A DNA stretch of 25,043 bases, from the IMG/VR virus record IMGVR_UViG_3300026039_000010, positions 1 through 25,043 of that record. One strand, given 5' to 3'. Both the position numbers and the translations under genes were made by a program. A model generated the notes under the pieces. That model was given only the letters and a program-made list of their open reading frames with translations. It had not been told where the DNA came from and did no database searches. Numbering within the stretch: the stretch's first letter is position 1; each line of letters opens with the position of its first letter. This DNA comes from a virus. Lineage: Duplodnaviria > Caudoviricetes. This document shows positions 6,827-14,711 of the stretch, in pieces.

Positions 6827-7012
6827 ATGCTTAAATTACCTAAATTAAACCTAAAAAGGCCGCATTTTACCGATGAATTCAAGCAAGAATTAGGTCTAAT
6901 CGGCTTTTTTTGTTTATTCGGAGTTGGTCTATATCTTATAAATATATCTTTGTGTTTCATTATTTGCGGTTTAATGGGAATATTCTTTTTTTACCCGAGA
7001 GGAGATAGATAA
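6827..7012 (+). CDS. Small two-helix membrane protein of the type commonly found just before HK97 portals
   Basis: LGLIGFFCLFGVGLYLINISLCFIICGLMGIFFF hydrophobic hairpin; AAGGAGGT RBS; position. Confidence 0.8.
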   Translation: MLKLPKLNLKRPHFTDEFKQELGLIGFFCLFGVGLYLINISLCFIICGLMGIFFFYPRGDR

Positions 7013-7683
7013 TGCCTAGAAAAACTCAAGATTTAACTAATATAAAATTTGGAAAATTAAAGGTTATTAACAAATGTGGAAAAGATCATCGTGGAAACTA
7101 TTTATGGAAATGTCTTTGCGATTGTGGCAATGAACATGCAGTCAAAGGATATAATTTGTTAAGCGGCAAAACCAAAAGCTGCGGGCAGTGTTCAAAAAAT
7201 AAATTTGAAATTAATGGTAATCATGTAATTGGTCTTACCACCAAAGGAGATGAATTTTATTTTGATATTGATGATTATAAAATTATTTCTAAGCACACTT
7301 GGTGGATGGATGAACGAGGATATATAAGATGTGAAATAAAAGGGAAAATAGTTTTTTTACATAGGTTTTTATTAAAAACACCAAAAGATAGAAATGTAGA
7401 TCACATAAATGGAGACCCTTATGATAATCAAAGAAAAAATCTTCGTCAATGCAATGATTTTCAAAATATGAAAAACCGTAAAAAAAGCAAACTCAATACT
7501 TCATCTATTTTCAAGGGTGTCTCATGGGCTTCATATGCAAATAAATGGCGTGCACAAATAAGTTTTGACAACATAAATAAATATTTAGGTCTTTTTGAAA
7601 ATGAAATTGATGCAGCAAAAACATATGACAAGGCGGCAATAAAATATCATGGTGAATTTGCTAAATTAAATTTCCAGTTATAA
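7012..7683 (+). CDS. HNH homing endonuclease with N-terminal Cys-rich domain and C-terminal AP2 DNA-binding domain
   Basis: DLTNIKFGKL...WKCLCDCGN...KSCG; LHR...VDHINGDPYDNQRKNLR (HNH); FKGVSW...KWRAQI...YLGLF...AAKTYDKAAIKYHGEFA (AP2). Confidence 0.93.
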   Translation: MPRKTQDLTNIKFGKLKVINKCGKDHRGNYLWKCLCDCGNEHAVKGYNLLSGKTKSCGQCSKNKFEINGNHVIGLTTKGDEFYFDIDDYKIISKHTWWMDERGYIRCEIKGKIVFLHRFLLKTPKDRNVDHINGDPYDNQRKNLRQCNDFQNMKNRKKSKLNTSSIFKGVSWASYANKWRAQISFDNINKYLGLFENEIDAAKTYDKAAIKYHGEFAKLNFQL

Positions 7684-7715
7684 CTATTGCTTTTTCCCTA
7701 GAAAGGGGTGATTAA

Positions 7716-8969
7716 ATGGGTTTCATTACGCGACAAGCTATAAAAAACTTATCAATACGCGAGCTTGACCATTTAATGGAACACGGTTGGGGACGTCCGA
7801 CAAATGCCGGGGTTCCGGTTTCCGAACAGTCTGCAATGAGTTTGATTGAAGTTCATAAATGTGTCAAAGTTCGTGCCGAAACGCGCGGATGCCTGCCCGT
7901 GGGGATTTACAAAAAGCGTCCCGATGGCAAAGGTAGAGATTTGGCGCGTGACCATCCTTTGCAAGACCTATTAAACGTTGCTCCAAACAATGAAATGGAT
8001 TCCCAAACTTTTTATGAAAGGATGGAAATCTATTTTAGTTTATGGGGTAATGACTATTCAATTATTACACGAAACACGAGCCGTAACAAAGATGTCAGAG
8101 AACTTTATCCGGTTCCCGCATATCAAATGCAGGTCAAACGTGATCCTGAAACCCAGGATCTTTTTTATGAATATCGGGATCGTGGTCAAACCGAACAATT
8201 GCCGCCCGAAAAAGTATTCCATATTCGCGGGATGTCGTTTGATGGATTGACGGGCATTTCAACTATTGGAATGGCACGTGAGGCGGTAGCTCAAGGCTTG
8301 GCGATGCAGGAATTTACAAATCGGTTCTTTGGTAATGGAATGAATTTCGGCGGTATTCTTGAGGTTCCTAATGTTTTGACACCTGAAGCTCGTAAAAACA
8401 TGAAGTTGGCCGCGCAAGAGTTGTCTGGAGGGCTAGGAAACGCTTGGGAACCTTTTGTTTTGGAAGAAGGAACCAAATACAATAGAATCCCAATGTCCTT
8501 TGTTGACGCCCAATTTATTGATGTGATGAACCTTAATAAAGAGGATATCGACGGCTTGTTCCGTGTCCCGCCCCATATGGTTGCAAACCTAAAAGAATCA
8601 ACTAACAACAACATCGAACATCAAGGAATTGAGTTTGTAACCTATTCCTTATTGCCAATGATTACCCGGTTCGAAAGGATGGCCAACTGGCGGCTACTGA
8701 CAAGAGCAGAACGGGCAGCCGGTTATTATGTCAAGGTTAATGTTGATGCTTTGTTACGTGGTGATGCTGCAAGCCGGGGCGAATATCTGCAAAAGAAGCG
8801 GCAAAACGGGGCTTTGTCGGCCAATGAGTGGAAAGACCTTGACGATGAGAACCCGATTGAGCAAGAGGGCGGCGACGCTTATTTGGTCAACGGCAACATG
8901 ATTAGTCTTGAAACGGCTATGAAGCAGCAACCGAAGACGAATACACAGAATGGAGGAAGTGAGAAATGA
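7716..8969 (+). CDS. Portal protein, HK97 family
   Basis: VFHIRGMSFDGLTGIS, FFGNG, VLEEG, DAQF, FRVPPHMV, NNIEHQ, LLRGD motifs. Confidence 0.97.
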   Translation: MGFITRQAIKNLSIRELDHLMEHGWGRPTNAGVPVSEQSAMSLIEVHKCVKVRAETRGCLPVGIYKKRPDGKGRDLARDHPLQDLLNVAPNNEMDSQTFYERMEIYFSLWGNDYSIITRNTSRNKDVRELYPVPAYQMQVKRDPETQDLFYEYRDRGQTEQLPPEKVFHIRGMSFDGLTGISTIGMAREAVAQGLAMQEFTNRFFGNGMNFGGILEVPNVLTPEARKNMKLAAQELSGGLGNAWEPFVLEEGTKYNRIPMSFVDAQFIDVMNLNKEDIDGLFRVPPHMVANLKESTNNNIEHQGIEFVTYSLLPMITRFERMANWRLLTRAERAAGYYVKVNVDALLRGDAASRGEYLQKKRQNGALSANEWKDLDDENPIEQEGGDAYLVNGNMISLETAMKQQPKTNTQNGGSEK

Positions 8970-9823
8970 AAATACCGATCAAAGGTGTCATTATATCGAA
9001 TGATGACAAATGGATTTATGATTGGCTTGAAGTCGCCGCGACAAGCCCGAAAGATGTTTCCGATATGATTGATTCTGCCAATGGAGAAGATCTGGAAATT
9101 GAAATTAATAGTCCGGGTGGTGATGTTTATGCTGGTTCCGAAATCTATACTTCGTTAATGGCCTATAAAGGCAAAGTCATTGAGAATATTGTTGGAATTG
9201 CTGCAAGTGCAGCCGGAGTTATTGCAATGGCCGGCAGACCCACAAGGATATCCCCTACGGCTCAAATAATGTTACATAACACATCATCGGGAGCATATGG
9301 CGATCATCGAGTATTCGAAAACGAAGCGGAAATTTCAAAAAATTATGATATTTCAATCGCTAATGCCTATCGCTTAAAAACCGGTATGAGTCAAGAGCAA
9401 ATATTGGAAATGATGGGCAAAGGGGGATCATACAATGGCGGTTCGTGGTTAAATGCTCAGCAAGCCTTAGAACTAAAATTTGTTGACGAAATTATGTTTG
9501 ACGAAGGCAAAAAGCTTGTTGCAAGCGCCGGATTAACTGCAACGTTGCCCCCAGCGGTCATTAATAAGTTAAAAAACTATCTAAAACAAAATCATAACGA
9601 AAACAACGAACCGCCTAACAATGAATCGGTTACTAAAGATGATTTATTAGCGGCAGTTCAGTTAATCGTTGATGAACTTAAACCAAAAAACAAACTCGAA
9701 AACCCAGATCCGTCTGAAACGGAATCAACTACCGAAGAGAAACCCGCCGATGAAAGCGGGTTTTTTGATACCCAATTATCCGAAAAAATCAATCAATTAA
9801 ATCTTAGGAGGAATGACAAATGA
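8966..9823 (+). CDS. Prohead maturation protease, ClpP-like
   Basis: INSPGGDV, GIAASAA (catalytic Ser), IMLHN (His); lies between portal and capsid. Confidence 0.93.
   Translation: MKIPIKGVIISNDDKWIYDWLEVAATSPKDVSDMIDSANGEDLEIEINSPGGDVYAGSEIYTSLMAYKGKVIENIVGIAASAAGVIAMAGRPTRISPTAQIMLHNTSSGAYGDHRVFENEAEISKNYDISIANAYRLKTGMSQEQILEMMGKGGSYNGGSWLNAQQALELKFVDEIMFDEGKKLVASAGLTATLPPAVINKLKNYLKQNHNENNEPPNNESVTKDDLLAAVQLIVDELKPKNKLENPDPSETESTTEEKPADESGFFDTQLSEKINQLNLRRNDK
9740..9766 (+). terminator. Terminator-like hairpin inside the 3' end of the protease gene, about 55 nt before the capsid start
   Basis: AAACCCGC-cgatgaaa-GCGGGTTT followed by TTT. Confidence 0.5.
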
Positions 9824-11097
9824 AATTAGAAGCGTTGTATGCGAAAGCAAACGAGTTGCAGACCAAAGTTAATGATCTGCAAACCAAGGAAAATAAAACT
9901 GCAGAAGAAAACGAGCAGTTAAAAGCCTTGGCGAACGAGTGGGAAGGTATTGAAAATCAAATTGATACCGAGGAAAAAGTTCAAAAACTAAACGAGAAAG
10001 TTAGACAACCGGAAAATAAGGGTTGGCGGCCAAATGCTCAAATTGCTCCGAACGGAATTACCAAAGATTTTAAAGGTTTTGGTGATTTTTTAATGTCCGT
10101 TCGCAGCGCTTCCGTAACTCCCGGAAATGCTGATTATCAGCGTTTAATTAAGAATTCCGCTTCCGGAGCTAACGAATCCGTTGACGCCGAAGGTGGGTTT
10201 CTTGTCCAAACCGATTTTGTAAGCCAATTGATGGAAGATACCTATGAAACCGGAATTTTACCAAACCGTTGCCAACGGATTCCCGTTTCCGCCGTTTCCA
10301 ATGCGCTTACTATGAATGGCGTTGATGAATCGAGCCGGGCTAATGGATCGCGTTATGGCGGTGTACAAGCGTACTGGGAAGATGAGGCCGATGCCCTACA
10401 GGGTAGTAAACCAAAGTTTCGCAAAATCGAGCTAAAACTAAAGAAACTGACCGGTCTTTGTTATGCCACCGATGAACTTTTGCAAGATGCAAGCGCGTTG
10501 CAAGGAGTAATTCAACGAGCTTTCGCTTCTGAATTTGGGTTTAAACTTGATGATGCGATTATACGCGGAACCGGTGCCGGGCAGCCTTTGGGTATTCTGA
10601 ATTCCGGTTCGCTTGTAACCGTTGCAAAAGAAACCAGTCAACCCGCGGATACTGTTGTTTATGAAAATGTTGTCAATATGTATGCACGTTGCAATGGTAG
10701 AAACCCTGAATGGTATATCAACTGTCAATTGATTCCACAACTGGCGTTTATGTCTATTCCGGTCGGTACTGCTGGCGTCCCGGTATTCTTGCCAGCCAAT
10801 GGCGCAGCCGGTCGCCCCTATAACACCCTTTTGGGCTTACCGATCAACATGATCGAGCAAGCATCAGCGCCGGGCGACGTAGGCGATATTACCCTTGGAG
10901 ACTTTACCGAATATTTATTGGCTGACAAAGGCAGCATGGAAAGTGCGGTTTCCATTCACGTTCGGTTCCTTTACGCCGAACAAGCTTTCCGGTTTATTTT
11001 GCGGATTGATGGTCAACCGCTTAGGTCAAAAACACTGACTCCGTATAAAGGCAGTGACGAATTATCTGCTTTTGTAACTTTGGCGGAGAGGGCTTAA
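9820..11097 (+). CDS. Major capsid protein, HK97 fold, with N-terminal coiled-coil delta (scaffold) domain
   Basis: EGGFLVQTDF, ATDELLQD, DDAIIRGTGAGQPLGILNS, TLLGLP, LGDFTEY, AFRFILRIDGQP. Confidence 0.97.
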   Translation: MKLEALYAKANELQTKVNDLQTKENKTAEENEQLKALANEWEGIENQIDTEEKVQKLNEKVRQPENKGWRPNAQIAPNGITKDFKGFGDFLMSVRSASVTPGNADYQRLIKNSASGANESVDAEGGFLVQTDFVSQLMEDTYETGILPNRCQRIPVSAVSNALTMNGVDESSRANGSRYGGVQAYWEDEADALQGSKPKFRKIELKLKKLTGLCYATDELLQDASALQGVIQRAFASEFGFKLDDAIIRGTGAGQPLGILNSGSLVTVAKETSQPADTVVYENVVNMYARCNGRNPEWYINCQLIPQLAFMSIPVGTAGVPVFLPANGAAGRPYNTLLGLPINMIEQASAPGDVGDITLGDFTEYLLADKGSMESAVSIHVRFLYAEQAFRFILRIDGQPLRSKTLTPYKGSDELSAFVTLAERA

Positions 11098-11117
11098 ACA
11101 AGCTCTCTCTTTATTTT
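11085..11117 (+). terminator. Weak terminator/stability hairpin over the capsid stop codon
   Basis: GGAGAGGGCT-taaaca-AGCTCTCTCT (two G-U pairs) then TTATTTT. Confidence 0.5.
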
Positions 11118-11142
11118 CAAAAATTGAAAGGGGATTAAAAAA

Positions 11143-11607
11143 ATGAATATTGCAGAAAGATGCCATGTAGTTAATATTTTGCCGCCCCAAAGCATTACCG
11201 CGGCCGTTACCTCCGATGTTTTTAGTCTTAAAAATTATGCTCATGCGACAATTATTGCTCAAGCCGGATCGACCAATGCCGACGCCGGGAACATTACCAT
11301 CGAAGAATGCGACGATTTCACTCCAACCAACGACACCGCCATTGATTTTCGCTATTATGCCGAAACTACCGCCGCTGGCGACACTCTTGGAGCAAAACAA
11401 AATGCGGTAGCGGCCACCGGAATTGACGTTTCTGCAAATGATAATATTTTTTATGTTATCGAAATTGATTCCGCTCAATTGTCCGATGGCTATCCGAATT
11501 TGATTCTCAAATGGTCTATTCCTGGCGGGGCAACTTTGGTTAGCGCGGTAGCTGTTTTAAGCGGTTCCCGGTACGCCGAAGATCAATCAGCTACGGCTAT
11601 AGCGTAA
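11143..11607 (+). CDS. Putative capsid decoration/accessory virion protein
   Basis: Ala/Thr/Asp-rich beta-type sequence directly after the MCP; role inferred from position. Confidence 0.6.
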   Translation: MNIAERCHVVNILPPQSITAAVTSDVFSLKNYAHATIIAQAGSTNADAGNITIEECDDFTPTNDTAIDFRYYAETTAAGDTLGAKQNAVAATGIDVSANDNIFYVIEIDSAQLSDGYPNLILKWSIPGGATLVSAVAVLSGSRYAEDQSATAIA

Positions 11608-11612
11608 ATGCT

Positions 11613-11774
11613 ATGAATATTAAATTATTAGAAAGCTGGGGAGGTGCCGACTTTGGCACCTCTCTTTCGATCGATGATGTAACCGCACAAAATTTAATTG
11701 ATCGCGGAATCGCCGAAAAAACTTCTGCTCGAAAGAGTGCTGCGAAAAGCAGTGGAAAGGATGAAAACAAATGA
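11613..11774 (+). CDS. Small protein (53 aa, MNIKLLESWGGADFGTSLSIDDVTAQNLIDRGIAEK...), not in ORF track
   Basis: Hand translated; G...D...A..LI..GIA pattern with a basic tail is typical of small post-capsid genes; stop overlaps the next ATG (ATGA). Confidence 0.7.
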   Translation: MNIKLLESWGGADFGTSLSIDDVTAQNLIDRGIAEKTSARKSAAKSSGKDENK

Positions 11775-12265
11775 GTATTGCAAATGTAGGAAGCCAATGG
11801 GTAAGCGGCGTTTTACAGTTTTTTAACAAAGCCACAAAGGCCGCGATTTTCACAATTGATTCCGATGGAGACATCGAATTATCAACCGGCCAGCATATTA
11901 AGGGCGAACGGTTTACTGTCAACCTTTACAACTTTGCAGCGGCCACGGTGGGGCAACCGTTTTTTATTGCTCCTGCCGCTTGCAAAATCGTGTCTGCTTA
12001 TGAACGTCATATAACCGTTTGTGATGCAGCCGACACAATGACTATTGAAAAATTAAATACCGGAGAAGCACCGGGGGCGGGCGATGTTGTTCTGGGAACC
12101 GCCTTTATTCTTAATAGTACTGCTAATACACCTGTCAGCAGTGCGGCGGTTGCTACTGGCGCTGAATCACTGGTTGCCGGAGACACCCTTTGCACTAAGT
12201 TTGCATCCGGTGACGGAACGAATTATGCCGGGGCCGTAATTACGGTTACAATGGAATGGCTATAA
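11771..12265 (+). CDS. Putative head accessory/decoration protein
   Basis: 164 aa Ala/Thr/Gly-rich beta-sandwich-like ORF in the head module. Confidence 0.55.
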   Translation: MSIANVGSQWVSGVLQFFNKATKAAIFTIDSDGDIELSTGQHIKGERFTVNLYNFAAATVGQPFFIAPAACKIVSAYERHITVCDAADTMTIEKLNTGEAPGAGDVVLGTAFILNSTANTPVSSAAVATGAESLVAGDTLCTKFASGDGTNYAGAVITVTMEWL

Positions 12266-12292
12266 GGGCGGATTATACCGCCCTTATTATTT
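12262..12292 (+). terminator. Terminator-like hairpin
   Basis: ATAAGGGCGG-attata-CCGCCCTTAT perfect 10-bp stem followed by TATTT. Confidence 0.7.
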
Positions 12293-12308
12293 GGAATGAG
12301 GTGATTAG

Positions 12309-12476
12309 ATGGCCGCAACATTATTAACAACTTATAACAAATATATCGGGTTATCAACCGATACCAAACCGACGGATAATATAAAAATTGGGTCTCGTTT
12401 TCTTGAGACCGACACCGACAAAAAGTTTATTTTTAATGGAACAAGTTGGGACGAAATTACCGGACTTGAATTTTAG
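12309..12476 (+). CDS. Small virion-associated protein (55 aa) with GLSTDTKPT...GSRFLETDT...W motif, not in ORF track
   Basis: Hand translated; GAGGTGA RBS; motif typical of short phage fibre-like modules. Confidence 0.75.
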   Translation: MAATLLTTYNKYIGLSTDTKPTDNIKIGSRFLETDTDKKFIFNGTSWDEITGLEF

Positions 12477-12487
12477 GTGGCGATATA

Positions 12488-13096
12488 ATGTGGAAAAAAC
12501 TTAATCCAAAATTTGTATTAAAAACAGCCCCAACCGTTGAACCGATTACGCTTACCGAAGCCAAAGATTTTTTACGTATTACCGGGACGGTCGAAGATGA
12601 TGTATTGAATTCTTTGATTGTCGCCGCCCGTAACTATGCCGAGGACTACCAAAACAGGCCATTAGTAACCCAAACTTGGGAATTATGGCTTGATGATTTC
12701 CCGCCACATGATTGCATGCCAATCCGGTTAAAGGCCGGTTTGCAGTCTGTTGCAAGCGTTAAATATTACCCCGATGGAGGAATCGAAACAACATTCGGTT
12801 CCTCTAATTATATCGTTGATACAACTGATTATGTTGGTAAAATTGTTTTAAATGAAGATTACCAATGGCCGTCTGAGGATTTAAGGGCTGCGAATGGTGT
12901 GTATGTGGAATTTATCTGCGGGTATCCAATCAAAGATATCGGATTGGCAACTGAAGATCCTGCCGGAAATGTTCCTGAAATGACTAAAACAGCTATGAAA
13001 ATTTGGATATCATATCATTATGAAAACCGCGAAGGGATTGATTTACCCAAAGCGGTTAATATTTTATTGGGGCTGAATCGGGTGAGCACGCTATGA
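12488..13096 (+). CDS. Head-tail connector (HK97 gp6 / phiE125 gp8-like)
   Basis: PTVEPITLTEAKDFLRI, LIVAAR..AE....R.LVTQTW, ISYHYENRE. Confidence 0.92.
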   Translation: MWKKLNPKFVLKTAPTVEPITLTEAKDFLRITGTVEDDVLNSLIVAARNYAEDYQNRPLVTQTWELWLDDFPPHDCMPIRLKAGLQSVASVKYYPDGGIETTFGSSNYIVDTTDYVGKIVLNEDYQWPSEDLRAANGVYVEFICGYPIKDIGLATEDPAGNVPEMTKTAMKIWISYHYENREGIDLPKAVNILLGLNRVSTL

Positions 13097-13407
13097 ACCC
13101 AGGAATCTTGCGGGATAGAATTGCTATTCAAGATTACACCACGACATATAACATTCTTAACGAACCGATCAAGGCATGGACTGATTTTGTAACGGTTTGG
13201 GCCGAAGTTATGATTAACCAAGGCCGCGAGTTTTGGGGTGCCAAAAAGCTTAATGCGGAATTGTCGGGGATTATCAAAATCCGTTTTAATCATGATATCA
13301 CTGAATTAATGCGGATTATTTATGATGGCGAAACCTATCAAATAACAGCAGTAATTCAAGACGTTAAAAAATCTTGGACTGAATTGCATGTAAAGAAGGT
13401 GGAATAA
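13093..13407 (+). CDS. Head closure protein / head-tail adaptor (SPP1 gp16-like)
   Basis: MNPGILRDRIAIQ, W..FVTVWAEV, GREF, IRF...I...MRI. Confidence 0.92.
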   Translation: MNPGILRDRIAIQDYTTTYNILNEPIKAWTDFVTVWAEVMINQGREFWGAKKLNAELSGIIKIRFNHDITELMRIIYDGETYQITAVIQDVKKSWTELHVKKVE

Positions 13408-13880
13408 TGGCTAATGTTTCTATATCGACAAGTGATATCAAAGCCGTTATCCAAGAGCTTGAAAAATGGGGGAAAAAACTAGGCGACGGTATGGAAGCTC
13501 CAACAAAGCGTGGAATGGATATTATTGCAAAAAAAGCCAAAAACAAAATTCATAATATTTCCGGTGAAACCGCTGCATCTATTAAAACCAAAATCGACGG
13601 CAAGGGAAGAAATTATGTTGTTGGTCATATAGGGACTATCGATGGAACCAAGGAGGAAGCAATTCGGGCTAATTCATTAGAATTTGGTCACTCGCATCCC
13701 GGAGAGGGACGTGACAGCTTTGGAAAGCAGCAATGGACTAGCGACCGCGAGGGCGGCGCAGACAGAGTAGAAGCTCACCCCTTTATACGTCCCGCCTTAA
13801 AGGGTTCCAGACGCGTTGTAACCGCTGAATATGAAAAAGAAATACGAAAAATTTTAGGTGGTGACAGCGGTGGAAATTGA
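13407..13880 (+). CDS. HK97 gp10 family neck/tail-component protein
   Basis: SG....SI, LEFG, AHPFIRPAL motifs; position. Confidence 0.88.
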   Translation: MANVSISTSDIKAVIQELEKWGKKLGDGMEAPTKRGMDIIAKKAKNKIHNISGETAASIKTKIDGKGRNYVVGHIGTIDGTKEEAIRANSLEFGHSHPGEGRDSFGKQQWTSDREGGADRVEAHPFIRPALKGSRRVVTAEYEKEIRKILGGDSGGN

Positions 13881-14274
13881 CGTAGCAATAATTACATATT
13901 TGTTGTCTTATTCCGGCTTAACTGCGCTTGTCAGTAGCCGGATTTTTGTTAATGGTACAGTTCCGGAGAACGTTACTTATCCTTATGTTTCTATATTTTT
14001 AGTCAATGGTCAAGATGAGGAATGTTTTATAGAAAGCCCAGATTTTGCCGAAGACACATTTCAATTTACAAGCGCCGCATTGTCTAAAATCGATTCAATT
14101 AACGTTTCCAGGCAGGTTAGAATGGCCTTTAAGGACTACTCCGGAGTTATGGGCGGAACCGGAGGGGTAAATGTTCAGGCAATATTGCAAGATGGCCGAC
14201 GTGATGCGGTTGAAAAACGCAGTGACGGGACGGCCATTTTTTATAGAGACGAAGATTTTATTTTTCAACATTAA
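13870..14274 (+). CDS. Tail terminator/completion protein (DUF3168-like)
   Basis: YLLSYSGLTALVSSRIF...P....YPYV; GTG start behind AGGTGGTGA; position before the tail tube. Confidence 0.85.
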   Translation: MEIDVAIITYLLSYSGLTALVSSRIFVNGTVPENVTYPYVSIFLVNGQDEECFIESPDFAEDTFQFTSAALSKIDSINVSRQVRMAFKDYSGVMGGTGGVNVQAILQDGRRDAVEKRSDGTAIFYRDEDFIFQH

Positions 14275-14293
14275 TTAAAGGAGGAATTTTAAA

Positions 14294-14698
14294 ATGGCTA
14301 CAGCAGGAAAAAACGCAAGTTTATGGGTCGGCGATTCTTTGATTAAAGTTGCCGAAGGGACGGAATGCTCGATAACGGTAAATGGTACGACTATTGATAC
14401 CACTAATTTTGATTCGGGGGAATGGAGCGAATTTATTAACAGCGTGAAGGATTTTAGCTTGTCGCTTACTGCCAATTTTAAAGCGACTGACCCCGCCCAA
14501 GTTGCAATTATGAACAATATTATTACCGCCAGTCAGGACGAGTATCCATTCGAGTATCGGTTGACATCGGCTGCTGCTCCTAATTTCTCGGGTGATGTCA
14601 TAACTGAAAATTATTCCGTGTCAACTCCGGTGGCGGATAAAATCACATTAACTGCAAGCCTAAAAGGGGTTGGAGCATTGGAGTTTACGGCATCTTAA
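14294..14698 (+). CDS. Major tail tube protein (TP901-1/lambda gpV-type fold)
   Basis: TIDTTNFDSGEWSEFI...KDFSLS, FSG..I...YSVSTPV...ITLTASLKGVGAL; strong RBS. Confidence 0.9.
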   Translation: MATAGKNASLWVGDSLIKVAEGTECSITVNGTTIDTTNFDSGEWSEFINSVKDFSLSLTANFKATDPAQVAIMNNIITASQDEYPFEYRLTSAAAPNFSGDVITENYSVSTPVADKITLTASLKGVGALEFTAS

Positions 14699-14711
14699 GG
14701 AGGTGTTTTGA

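Noticed and set aside
11062-11478. Minus-strand 138-aa ORF (likewise 10438..10740, 14660..15043, 16655..16963)
   Set aside because: Shadow ORFs antisense to well-supported structural genes
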